Shown piece after piece: positions 1 through 8,470 of a stretch of 64,000 bases of DNA. The stretch lies in contig JAQWAS010000003.1 in NCBI GenBank assembly GCA_028707495.1, positions 47,711 through 111,710 of the forward strand. Reading direction: 5' to 3'. This stretch comes from Patescibacteria group bacterium. GTDB taxonomy: Bacteria; Patescibacteriota; Patescibacteriia; UBA2591; JAQWAS01. Position 1 is the stretch's first letter; the number at the start of each line of letters is the position of its first letter. Below the pieces are notes generated by a model. That model saw only the letters and a program-made list of their open reading frames with translations, was not told where the DNA came from and did no database searches. The translations under genes and the position numbers were made by a program.

Positions 1-1138
1 ACCAAATTAAACTAACAATAAAAATTAAAGCTAAACCTAGGGTAATATATAAACTAATTTTGCTAGTTTGAGGCGAAGTTTTAAGTTTTAATTTTTTATT
101 TTGAAGTTGGTGAATTATTTTTTTAGGTTGAAAAATTAAAGTTAAATATGACCAAGAGAATTTATGCTGGAAAAAATTATTAGTTTTGATTTTATCTAAC
201 CAAGCTATTCTTTTAAATTTTTTTAAACATTTTGGATAGGAGATTTTCTGGATTAAATTTTTAATTTGCGAGTAAAAATTTTTAATCACTTGAGATTGAG
301 CAAATTGATTTAAAAATTTATATATTTTAGGTTTAACAAAATTATTTATAAAGCCCGGGTGTAAAATATCACTGGTTTTTTGTTGTTTATGAATTAGTTT
401 TTTCATCGAAGCGGTCTGAGGGTTTTCATTTTTATCAAAAATTTCTTCAGTCTGAGGTAGCGGCTGATGTTTAATAACCAAGGCAGCGAAAGAAATTTGC
501 TTGTTAATTTCAATTAAACTTTTTTTAATTAATTCTAGGGCTTGATTGGCAGTATACTGATTGATGAATTTTTTTATTTTTTCTTGAGATAAATAATCAA
601 ATAAATTTTGAGTGCAGAATAATAAGCTGTCATCAAGCTTCAAATCACCAGAAATTAAATGTGACATGGTTTGATTCGTTCGTTCATTATTATCATTATC
701 GCCTAAAGAGGAAACAATATCCATAAACATACCGCGTCGTAATAAATAAGCTTGAATATCACCCTTTTGGCTAAAGTGAACCATATTGCCCTTAACAACG
801 CCAATAATAAAATTACCTTGATTTAACCAAGTTAAATTGTGTTGGTGAATGAGTTGACTCAAGCGTTGATTAAAATTATGTAAAGCCTTTTCAAAGGTTT
901 TTTCTAAATCAGAAAAGGTTGAGGCGTAATAGTCGTCTTTAAATTGTTCAATAATTTCATTTAAAATTTCCACGTCTTTTTCTTTATCTAGCAATAAATT
1001 TGCAACAACAAAAACACGTCCCCATTTTGACTGGCTTGAGCTGGGCGGTAAAAAAATATTAGCCTGCGCCAAAGCCTTGCTTTCTTTTTTGTGATAAATA
1101 ACTAATTTACCGAAATCATTTAAAAATTGATTAGACAT
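1..1138 (-). CDS. Hypothetical membrane-anchored protein, possible PP2C-like N-terminal domain; partial, runs off window start
   Basis: Not in ORF track because there is no stop in the window. ATG at 1138 reads MSNQFLNDFGKLVIYHKK...FEKALHNFNQRL...ISGDLKLDDSLLFCT...; the same frame ends in a hydrophobic helix ISLYITLGLALIFIVSLIW at the window edge. Confidence 0.7.
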   Translation of the reverse strand, partial: MSNQFLNDFGKLVIYHKKESKALAQANIFLPPSSSQSKWGRVFVVANLLLDKEKDVEILNEIIEQFKDDYYASTFSDLEKTFEKALHNFNQRLSQLIHQHNLTWLNQGNFIIGVVKGNMVHFSQKGDIQAYLLRRGMFMDIVSSLGDNDNNERTNQTMSHLISGDLKLDDSLLFCTQNLFDYLSQEKIKKFINQYTANQALELIKKSLIEINKQISFAALVIKHQPLPQTEEIFDKNENPQTASMKKLIHKQQKTSDILHPGFINNFVKPKIYKFLNQFAQSQVIKNFYSQIKNLIQKISYPKCLKKFKRIAWLDKIKTNNFFQHKFSWSYLTLIFQPKKIIHQLQNKKLKLKTSPQTSKISLYITLGLALIFIVSLIW

Positions 1139-1195
1139 GTCTTTACATATTTATATTCTAATATTATAATATATTTAAAATAATAATTCAAATTT

Positions 1196-1774
1196 ATGCT
1201 TGAACAACTTTTTGGTTCAAAGGCGCGCTTAGAGATTTTAAAGCTATTCATTGATGAAGAGGGCCCTTTTTATGTTAGAGAGATCGGTAAAAAAACACAT
1301 TTGCACATTAATTCGGTTAGGCGGGAATTAGATAATTTAGAAAAGTTGGGTTTATTAAAAAGTTTAAGTCAATTACGGGGAGAACACGATAAAAAATATT
1401 ATCAGCTTGATAGAGACTTTGTTTTATATCCGGAAATTAAGGCTTTAATAAAAAAAGCACATTTAATCTTACAAGAACCTTTAATCAATGATTTAAATAA
1501 AATCGGTCAAACTAATCTTTTAGTTTTAAGCGGTTTTTTTGTTAATTCCAGTGATAGTCCAACTGACGTTTTAATTGTGGGTAAATTTAACAAAAATAAA
1601 TTAAATTTTTTAATGAAAAAGTTTCAAAAAGACGTGGGTCAAGAAATTCGTTATACTATTTTATCGCCAAATGAATTTAAATATCGACGCGATTTAACTG
1701 ATAAATTTTTATTCAATATTTTAGAACAACGCAAGATAATTTTGATTGACAAATATAAGTTAAATGGCAAATAA
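1196..1774 (+). CDS. Winged-helix (ArsR-like) DNA-binding protein with degenerate nucleotidyltransferase-like C-terminal domain
   Basis: LFGSKARLEIL...YVREI...NSVRRELDNLEKLGLL HTH; LSGFF...TDVLIVG resembles a minimal NTase motif. Confidence 0.7.
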   Translation: MLEQLFGSKARLEILKLFIDEEGPFYVREIGKKTHLHINSVRRELDNLEKLGLLKSLSQLRGEHDKKYYQLDRDFVLYPEIKALIKKAHLILQEPLINDLNKIGQTNLLVLSGFFVNSSDSPTDVLIVGKFNKNKLNFLMKKFQKDVGQEIRYTILSPNEFKYRRDLTDKFLFNILEQRKIILIDKYKLNGK

Positions 1775-1775
1775 A

Positions 1776-2174
1776 ATGTATTTATTTATTGATACTAGTC
1801 AGCGAGAATATTTAATTTTAGCTTTATTAGACGAACAGCGCATAGTCAGTCGGGTTAAAATTTTATCTCAAGGTAAACAGTCAGACAAAATTTTATTTTA
1901 CTTAGATAAATCATTGAATCAACAAAAAATTAAATTACAAAATTTAACGGGTGTTATTGTTGTGCAGGGACCAGGTTCGTTTGTCGGTTTACGTGTCGGC
2001 ATAAGTTTGGCCAACGCTTTGGGTTATAGTTTAAAAATTCCAGTCGTTGGTACCCTGGAAAAAGATTTATCAAAGATAGTTAATAATATTAAAAAATTAT
2101 TTAAAAAAAAGTCGTCTATAATCGTTTTGGCTAAATATGGCCAAGATTTAAAAATTAAAAAAACTAAACACTAA
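1776..2174 (+). CDS. tsaB: tRNA threonylcarbamoyladenosine biosynthesis protein TsaB (short form)
   Basis: LFIDTS and GPGSFVGLRVG motifs; ATG 1776 preferred over the overlapping 1764. Confidence 0.9.
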   Translation: MYLFIDTSQREYLILALLDEQRIVSRVKILSQGKQSDKILFYLDKSLNQQKIKLQNLTGVIVVQGPGSFVGLRVGISLANALGYSLKIPVVGTLEKDLSKIVNNIKKLFKKKSSIIVLAKYGQDLKIKKTKH

Positions 2175-2185
2175 TTTAAAATTTT

Positions 2186-3481
2186 ATGGAATACATATTA
2201 CTCAAAGATGTAGAACAATATTTAAATCAGGAGGTGACTCTCAAAGGTTGGATTTTTAATTACCGTTCATCCGGTGGAATTTATTTTTTACAGTTCAGAG
2301 ATGGTACTGGTTTGGTGCAGGGTGTCGTAGTTAAAAATAGCGTTTCACCTAAAGTTTGGGAGGATTGTCAAAAAATTACCCTAGAAACCAGTTTAACTCT
2401 GACTGGCAAAATTAAATCAGAAAAACGGTCGCCTTATGGTTATGAAATAGAAATTAAGGATTTAAAATTAATCCAAATTGCCGAAGAGTATCCGATTGGT
2501 AAAAAAGAACATGGTCCAGAATTTTTAATGGATCAACGGCATTTATGGCTGAGATCATCTAAACAATGGGCTATTCAAAAAGTTCGTAACACAATTATCA
2601 ACGCGACATATGAATATTTTAATCAACAAGGTTTTACTAAAATTGATGCACCTATTTTAACTCCTACGGCTTGCGAGGGGACGACAACTTTATTTGAGGT
2701 AGATTATTTTGGCAAGGAAAAGGCCTATTTATCACAAAGTGGTCAATTGTATATTGAAGCAGCTATTTTTAGTCATAATCGAGTTTTTGACTTTGGACCA
2801 ACTTTTAGAGCTGAAAAAAGTAAAACGCGACGGCATTTAACAGAGTTTTGGATGATGGACGCCGAAATGGCATTTGCGGAACATGAAGAAAACATGAAAG
2901 TCCAAGAAGACTTAATTTATCATATCTTACAACGAGTTTTAGAAAAAAACATAGAAGATTTGCAGATTTTAGAAAGAGACATTAGCTTTTTAGAAAAAAT
3001 TGATAAACCGTTTAACCGTTTAACCTATAAAGAAGCGATTAAAAAATTAGGGGAGTTGGGTTCAAAAATTAAATTAGGAGAGGACTTAGGTGCGGCTGAC
3101 GAAACATTATTAACCAAACAATATGATCGGCCTATTTTTGTTGAAAAATACCCAGCCCAAATGAAAGCTTTCTATATGAAACATGATCCAGAAGATCAAG
3201 ATTTAGCATTGTGTGATGATTTATTAGCTCCTGAGGGTTATGGTGAAATTATTGGTGGTTCGCAAAGGGAAGATGACTATGAAATTTTATTAAAGCGCAT
3301 GCAAGATCATAAATTACCAATGAAAGATTTCGGTTGGTATCTAGATTTAAGAAAGTATGGTTCAGTGCCACACTCGGGTTTTGGTTATGGCTTAGAAAGA
3401 ATTGTAGCTTGGACGTGTGGGTTAAAACATGTCAGAGAAACAATTCCATTCCCTAGGATGTTGACAAGATTGCGACCGTAA
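2186..3481 (+). CDS. asnS: Asparagine--tRNA ligase
   Basis: OB-fold N-terminus, FRAEKSKTRRHLTEFWM motif 2, GEIIGGSQRE, PHSGFGYGLER motif 3. Confidence 0.95.
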   Translation: MEYILLKDVEQYLNQEVTLKGWIFNYRSSGGIYFLQFRDGTGLVQGVVVKNSVSPKVWEDCQKITLETSLTLTGKIKSEKRSPYGYEIEIKDLKLIQIAEEYPIGKKEHGPEFLMDQRHLWLRSSKQWAIQKVRNTIINATYEYFNQQGFTKIDAPILTPTACEGTTTLFEVDYFGKEKAYLSQSGQLYIEAAIFSHNRVFDFGPTFRAEKSKTRRHLTEFWMMDAEMAFAEHEENMKVQEDLIYHILQRVLEKNIEDLQILERDISFLEKIDKPFNRLTYKEAIKKLGELGSKIKLGEDLGAADETLLTKQYDRPIFVEKYPAQMKAFYMKHDPEDQDLALCDDLLAPEGYGEIIGGSQREDDYEILLKRMQDHKLPMKDFGWYLDLRKYGSVPHSGFGYGLERIVAWTCGLKHVRETIPFPRMLTRLRP

Positions 3482-3490
3482 ATATATATA

Positions 3491-3524
3491 AAAAAAGACT
3501 CCTTAATTTAAGAGGAGTCTTTTT
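3491..3524. terminator. Bidirectional intrinsic terminator
   Basis: AAAAAAGACTCCT-N9-AGGAGTCTTTTT between convergent genes. Confidence 0.8.
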
Positions 3525-3538
3525 AAATTTAAATAATA

Positions 3539-3986
3539 TTAATTTTTCAAATATTTTTTTCTTAATTCATAAGCTGTAATAGTCGGGATATAAAAGACGA
3601 AATCAGCCACATATTTACCCGCAATTATACCTAAACTATAATTATTAATTCACAATGGAAAAAAATACATACACGCTGGCCTAATTAACAAACTATCTAT
3701 AATTTCAGCCGGTCCAAATTCGATAACTATGTTTCTAATGTTTTTTATAAAACTTTTTAGATTATACTGACAATTCTGTTTTTGAGGTTTTCTGGATTGT
3801 ATAATATCTCGAACAAAAATAAAACCATAATAACCAAGATTATCTCCGATAGTTCCCATGTAAGCGGCTAATATTTTATTCTTTGTAATTAAATAAATCA
3901 AAGAGGCTCCTAAAGTTGTGCAGATGGTTGCGGACAAATTAGCGGGTAGATAACGCCAAAGCCATTCTTTAATTTTTTTTATGCAT
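3539..3986 (-). pseudogene. Disrupted small membrane protein gene
   Basis: ATG 3986 followed by an A8 run (A7 would give MHKKIKEWLWRYLPANLSATIC...). In-frame TGA at 3652-3650, after which the frame continues INNYSLGIIAGKYVADFVFYIPTITAYELRKKYLKN to TAA 3541-3539. Confidence 0.7.
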
Positions 3987-3988
3987 TT

Positions 3989-4882
3989 TTAATCTTTATA
4001 AAATTTATATTGTGATATTTTGTCTAGATGCCATTTTTCTTTCCAGCCTAAATCTTCAACTCCGGCGTCAAACGTTTTGCAACCCAAATTAATAGCCAGT
4101 TCAATATTTTTTAAATTTATATATGACCCTAAATTCGGATGGTCTTTTTTATTAGTGCCAGCGTTCATATAGGTATAAGTATCTTTATATTTAACTGCTA
4201 AAGAAACAGACTCTTTAATATTATTAATCACAATAGTAATTAAATGAAAATTCAAATTAATCGACATTAAATAGTCAAAGACTTTAGTAAAGAGTGGATC
4301 GCTGAAACTTGATTCTTCGCCAAAATTTTTACGATTGAGTTCCATTAATCTTGATAAATCCTCTTTTTGATCGTAAAAAATTTGGGGTTGTTTATTTTCG
4401 ACTATTTCAATAATTTTTAATAAATTTTTGCGACGTTTGTTGCGAAAATATTTTTTTAAATAATCATCTAAATTTTTAACATCAGACAAGTCAGCTACAT
4501 ACTTATATTCTAACAATTCTAAAGATTGAGTGAAGCTGTCACGACCGATAATATCTTCTAATTGAGTCTGTTGATTGATGAGTTGATAAAATTCAGGAAT
4601 ATATTTTTCATATTCGGGTTTAATAAAAACTTGATTATCTTCCATATAAGCACTACCAAAAAATTCTAGACAATGACGGCGAGTATTAAATTGTAAAGGC
4701 AATAAGCCAATATTTTTACCGTCAATTTGGCCAACGTAAAAATATAAATCAAATTGATTATCTTGATAAAAACAATAGCGAAAATCCCAATTATCATAAA
4801 TAATTTTATCTGGACTGAATTCTAGCCAGAGTTGTTTGGCTGTTGGCAAGTCGTGAATACATTCAAAATTAATTTTAGACAT
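3989..4882 (-). CDS. GNAT-family acyltransferase (CelD/BcsL, Acetyltransf_6-like)
   Basis: GLLPL N-terminal motif; YTYMNAG...NLGSYINLKNIELAINLGCKTFDAG...WKEKW C-terminal GNAT pattern. Confidence 0.75.
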   Translation of the reverse strand: MSKINFECIHDLPTAKQLWLEFSPDKIIYDNWDFRYCFYQDNQFDLYFYVGQIDGKNIGLLPLQFNTRRHCLEFFGSAYMEDNQVFIKPEYEKYIPEFYQLINQQTQLEDIIGRDSFTQSLELLEYKYVADLSDVKNLDDYLKKYFRNKRRKNLLKIIEIVENKQPQIFYDQKEDLSRLMELNRKNFGEESSFSDPLFTKVFDYLMSINLNFHLITIVINNIKESVSLAVKYKDTYTYMNAGTNKKDHPNLGSYINLKNIELAINLGCKTFDAGVEDLGWKEKWHLDKISQYKFYKD

Positions 4883-4883
4883 T

Positions 4884-7313
4884 TTAAATAATATTAGGTT
4901 GGAGATGATAATAGGGTGGACGTTCTTTGTAGCGTTTGATAGCTAGACGGATAATCTCTTCCAAAAAGTCGCCGTAATCCATGCCAACTAATTCAGCTGA
5001 AGCGGGTACGCAGTCTCCAAAATTAATTGATGGATTGGGATTTAATTCTAAGACGTAAGGATTGTTATTTTTATCAACTCGAATTTCAACTCGGCCATAA
5101 TCATGACAGTCTAAAATATTATAAGTATCTAAAGCAATTTCACCCAAGAGATCGGCCAATTTATGACTAATGTTTTGTGGTGGTCGTTGGCGAATGATAG
5201 TGTTATAAGCTTGGTCTTCATTCCATTTAGCTTCAAAGGGGTAGATATGCCAATAACCCTGAGGCATATTATCAAAAATTGAACGTGAAAGTGGTAAAAT
5301 TCTAAGATCATCTTCTTCGCTCCCTAAAATTGAAACATCATATTCATCGCCCTCAATATATTCTTCAATTAAAGCTGGTCGGCCAATATCGATCAAAATT
5401 TTACGTAATTGTTTTTGTAATTCTTGAGGATTGGTTACGACCGAATTATTAGTAATACCAATAGAGTTATCGGTGTTAGCTGGTTTAACAATTAATGGAT
5501 ATTTAAAGTCATCACGAATTTCATCTTCTAAATCATACACATAATCCCATTTAGGCGTGGGAATATTGTGATAGGTTAATAATTTTTTTACTCGAATTTT
5601 ATCAATACACAAAGATAGGGTAAAGGGATTGGATCCGGTGTAGGGGATTTGCAGAGAATCTAAGATAGCGGCGGCGTGAGGCTCTAATAAACTGGAATTA
5701 TTAATGCGTTCACAAACATTAAAAACCAAATCAATTTCGCTATTTTTTAAATCATTAACCACTTGACCCACATTATTAAAATCAAAAAAACTAATTTGAT
5801 AACCACGCTCTAATAAAGTTTTTTCAATATTTTTTCCAACTGAAGTTAAATCTTTTTCAACTTCACTAGTGTTATCATCAAACAGATTACAAGCAATGCC
5901 AATTTTTAAATTGCGTTGGTTTTGAATACTCATGCGCCGAATTTTTTCGATTTTACTATGACCAATAATAATATCTTTATTTAAAGCAGAAAATGAAAAT
6001 CTACTTTTACGCGATGTTTTACCAATTGATGAAGCTGGGTCAAACTTGGCGATTTCATAATGAACCATTTTAATAGCTTCGTTTAGATTATCTTGAGCAT
6101 CTAATAAATTTTCTCCGGTGACAGAGATCCATCCCAAATTTTCATAACCTTCTGGTGGAGCTAAAATTGGATCACCAATTTGTTTAAAAAAGTTAATTTC
6201 TTTTAAATATTTTTTTTGTTTTAACTCTGGATCAATATTAATTTGAACTAAAGCACCAGAATAATCTGCCAGAAAATCTTGTTCGCATAAATAAGTATAG
6301 GGATCTTCGGGTTTATAAATTTTAGGCAAATAAATTCCCAAAGCTATCTTAACGGCATTTTCAATTAAATCTACATGCCAGGCTTCTTTAATAAAAGAAT
6401 AAATTTCATCGCCACCCATACGCAAGTTAACTTCCAGGGGAACCGGACCATTGTGGGTTGACTTAGCTTCAAAGTGAATACAACCGTTTTGCACGCCTAA
6501 TTTTTCTAGAGTTTCATCCGCTAATTGAATTAAGGCTAATTGATCATTTTCGGGCAGGCTTGATGGGATGGTATGTTTAGTTTCAATAAAAAATGGTTCG
6601 TTAGTTTTATAATTATCTGAGATAGAATAAAATTTTATTTTGCCATTTTGTAATAAAATATCAATATCAACTTCATCACCCTCGATATATTCTTCAATCA
6701 AAATATCTAAGCCATTATTTAAAGCTGATTCGACGGAAGTTGAAATATTTTTTTTGACAAATTTATAAATATTTTTTAATTCATCAACATTTTCAATTTT
6801 AATTACTAAGGCACTACTTGATCCATAGGTTGGTTTTATGACCAATGGCATATTAAAATTTTGAGCTACATATTCAAGATCTTCTTTTGAATGAATTAAT
6901 TTATGTTTAGGAGAGGGAATATTATTTTCTAAACATAATTCTCGAAATAAATATTTATTTCTAAATTTTTTAGCGATATTATGAGGAATGCCAATAAACT
7001 GAAATTTATCAGATAATTTAGATGTCAATAGAACATCATCTTCCCAAAAAGTAATCACGCCATTGATTTTAATATCAGGATTTTCTTTGATAAACTTATC
7101 AACCTCCTGAATGGATTCAGTGTGATTATTGGTGTCGGCCAAAATCCAATGGTCAGCATATTGGCTCGCCCAATTTTTTTCTTTATTTAAAATTACCAGT
7201 TTGAGACCGAGTTTTTTTAATTTTTGGACAATAAATCTTTTTCTAAAATAACCAGTATTAACTAATAATAAAGTTTGATCGGCATAAGATGTTGGATTGA
7301 AATGATTGTTCAT
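4884..7313 (-). CDS. Tandem double ATP-grasp ligase (L-amino-acid-ligase-like domain fused to D-Ala-D-Ala-ligase-like domain)
   Basis: Domain 1: NKYLFR, PLVIKPTYGSSS, IEEYIEG, LEVNLRMGG. Domain 2: IPYTGS, DKIRVK, PLIVKPANTDNSIGI, YGRVEIR, VLELNPNP. Confidence 0.85.
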   Translation of the reverse strand: MNNHFNPTSYADQTLLLVNTGYFRKRFIVQKLKKLGLKLVILNKEKNWASQYADHWILADTNNHTESIQEVDKFIKENPDIKINGVITFWEDDVLLTSKLSDKFQFIGIPHNIAKKFRNKYLFRELCLENNIPSPKHKLIHSKEDLEYVAQNFNMPLVIKPTYGSSSALVIKIENVDELKNIYKFVKKNISTSVESALNNGLDILIEEYIEGDEVDIDILLQNGKIKFYSISDNYKTNEPFFIETKHTIPSSLPENDQLALIQLADETLEKLGVQNGCIHFEAKSTHNGPVPLEVNLRMGGDEIYSFIKEAWHVDLIENAVKIALGIYLPKIYKPEDPYTYLCEQDFLADYSGALVQINIDPELKQKKYLKEINFFKQIGDPILAPPEGYENLGWISVTGENLLDAQDNLNEAIKMVHYEIAKFDPASSIGKTSRKSRFSFSALNKDIIIGHSKIEKIRRMSIQNQRNLKIGIACNLFDDNTSEVEKDLTSVGKNIEKTLLERGYQISFFDFNNVGQVVNDLKNSEIDLVFNVCERINNSSLLEPHAAAILDSLQIPYTGSNPFTLSLCIDKIRVKKLLTYHNIPTPKWDYVYDLEDEIRDDFKYPLIVKPANTDNSIGITNNSVVTNPQELQKQLRKILIDIGRPALIEEYIEGDEYDVSILGSEEDDLRILPLSRSIFDNMPQGYWHIYPFEAKWNEDQAYNTIIRQRPPQNISHKLADLLGEIALDTYNILDCHDYGRVEIRVDKNNNPYVLELNPNPSINFGDCVPASAELVGMDYGDFLEEIIRLAIKRYKERPPYYHLQPNII

Positions 7314-7330
7314 TTTAAAAAATTAAAATT

Positions 7331-7365
7331 AAAAAAGAACCTAGACCATAAAAATTTAGGTTCTT
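7331..7365 (-). terminator. Intrinsic terminator in the 5' leader of the ATP-grasp operon (attenuator)
   Basis: Minus strand AAGAACCTA-N13-TAGGTTCTT followed by a U-run, ending about 17 nt before ATG 7313. Confidence 0.75.
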
Positions 7366-7451
7366 GAAATTTGATTATCCCCGGGGTCGTCTGAATCCGC
7401 CTCGGTTAATGAGTTAGTGCTGGGATGACCAACACAAGATTGATTATTCAT
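7356..7451 (-). CDS. Putative 31-aa leader/precursor peptide MNNQSCVGHPSTNSLTEADSDDPGDNQISRT
   Basis: ATG 7451 to TAA 7356, between a consensus promoter and the terminator; GC-richer than its flanks. Confidence 0.55.
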   Translation of the reverse strand: MNNQSCVGHPSTNSLTEADSDDPGDNQISRT

Positions 7452-7474
7452 TAATAAAATTAAAACTTAACATA

Positions 7475-7503
7475 ATTATAAACGTACTCAGATAAATAGT
7501 CAA
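7475..7503 (-). promoter_or_regulatory. Sigma70 promoter of the ATP-grasp operon
   Basis: TTGACT(7503-7498)-17 nt-TATAAT(7480-7475). Confidence 0.8.
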
Positions 7504-7572
7504 TTGTTAATAACATCTAAACATATAAACATATAAACAAAATAACAAGAGAATGCAAAGATGTTTATTCAC

Positions 7573-7600
7573 TTGAAATTTTTTATATTTTTGATATGAT
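7573..7600 (+). promoter_or_regulatory. Putative sigma70 promoter of micro-ORF unit
   Basis: TTGAAA-16 nt-TATGAT. Confidence 0.5.
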
Positions 7601-7648
7601 AAAATTAATAGCGTTAATTTATTCTTTAATTTTTGAGAAAGGAAAATT

Positions 7649-7678
7649 ATGAGAAAAGAATGGATTAGTATTGGGTGA
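7649..7678 (+). CDS. Micro-ORF MRKEWISIG (9 aa)
   Basis: GAAAGGA upstream of ATG; TGA forms the 5' arm of hairpin TGACAC-TAG-GTGTCA. Confidence 0.35.
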   Translation: MRKEWISIG

Positions 7679-7725
7679 CACTAGGTGTCAAAGTATAGTT
7701 CTTTAATTTGAACAAGGAGGTTCGT

Positions 7726-7770
7726 ATGAAAAAGGTTCTATTTGTCTCAGACGGTCTTAGCATCGGATAG
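7726..7770 (+). CDS. Micro-ORF MKKVLFVSDGLSIG (14 aa)
   Basis: AAGGAGG 5 nt before ATG; ends in SIG like the preceding micro-ORF. Confidence 0.45.
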   Translation: MKKVLFVSDGLSIG

Positions 7771-7873
7771 TATCCTGCGATTAGGAGAACCCCAAAGATG
7801 CAACATTGTAAATAGCAATTGCTTTAAAAGCGATGGCTATCGTTAACCGTTCATTTTAACCCAGGAGGTCTTT

Positions 7874-7927
7874 ATGAGAAGATCACCGCCCATTCTAATT
7901 ATGGGCATCGAGGTTATCTCCGCCTAG
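7874..7927 (+). CDS. Micro-ORF MRRSPPILIMGIEVISA (17 aa)
   Basis: AGGAGG 5 nt before ATG; followed by a hairpin and terminator. Confidence 0.45.
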   Translation: MRRSPPILIMGIEVISA

Positions 7928-7954
7928 GCACTTGAGTGCTGACAAGGCTAATAG

Positions 7955-7979
7955 GGGCGCACAGGTTGCGCCCTTTTTT
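7955..7979 (+). terminator. Intrinsic terminator closing the micro-ORF unit
   Basis: GGGCGCA-CAGGT-TGCGCCC-TTTTTT. Confidence 0.85.
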
Positions 7980-8025
7980 ATTTTTAAAGAGTTTGATATA
8001 ATGAAAGTGTTATTATTAAAAAAAT

Positions 8026-8460
8026 ATGACTGAATTTAAACATTTAAAAATTTTTAATCTTCAAGGCGAAGAGGAATTAATTACGATTGCTTCGGGGCCA
8101 GTTATTATTCAAGATAATAAAGTTTTATTAGATAAACACGATGATGATTTTTGGAAATTTCCCGGTGGTAAGGTTTTATCTAATGAAAGTTTTGAACAAA
8201 CAGCCATTCGAGAAGTTAAAGAAGAATTAAATGTTGATGTAGAATTAAAAAGTGAGCCGTATATAATTATTTTAAATAGGGAAGTGGGGGATAAAAAAGA
8301 AACTTTAATTTTAATTCACTATTTAGCTGAGATTATAAATGGTGAGCCACAAGCAGGACGAGATATTACAGAATTTGAATGGCATGATATTGATAATTTA
8401 CCGTCAAATTGCGCGGAGAATATTAAGCCAGTGGTGGATTTTTTTAGAAATAAAATTTAA
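8026..8460 (+). CDS. NUDIX hydrolase
   Basis: Nudix box PGGKVLSNESFEQTAIREVKEELNV. Confidence 0.9.
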   Translation: MTEFKHLKIFNLQGEEELITIASGPVIIQDNKVLLDKHDDDFWKFPGGKVLSNESFEQTAIREVKEELNVDVELKSEPYIIILNREVGDKKETLILIHYLAEIINGEPQAGRDITEFEWHDIDNLPSNCAENIKPVVDFFRNKI

Positions 8461-8470
8461 ATTTAACAAT

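Noticed and set aside
3650-3652. In-frame TGA as evidence for genetic code 25 or 4
   Set aside because: The long conserved genes translate fully under code 11 with no internal TGA; a single case in a gene that also has a frameshift fits pseudogenisation.
7366-7445. Known riboswitch (e.g. c-di-AMP) in the ATP-grasp leader
   Set aside because: The GAATCC-like words are on the wrong strand and no full consensus is recognisable; an Rfam scan is still needed to exclude it.
7833-7859. Micro-ORF MAIVNRSF within the micro-ORF unit
   Set aside because: It lacks the SD seen before the other micro-ORFs; expected by chance.
8339-8470. N-terminal extension of aspS in the ORF track
   Set aside because: It overlaps the NUDIX gene; the AspRS-like sequence begins at ATG 8471.
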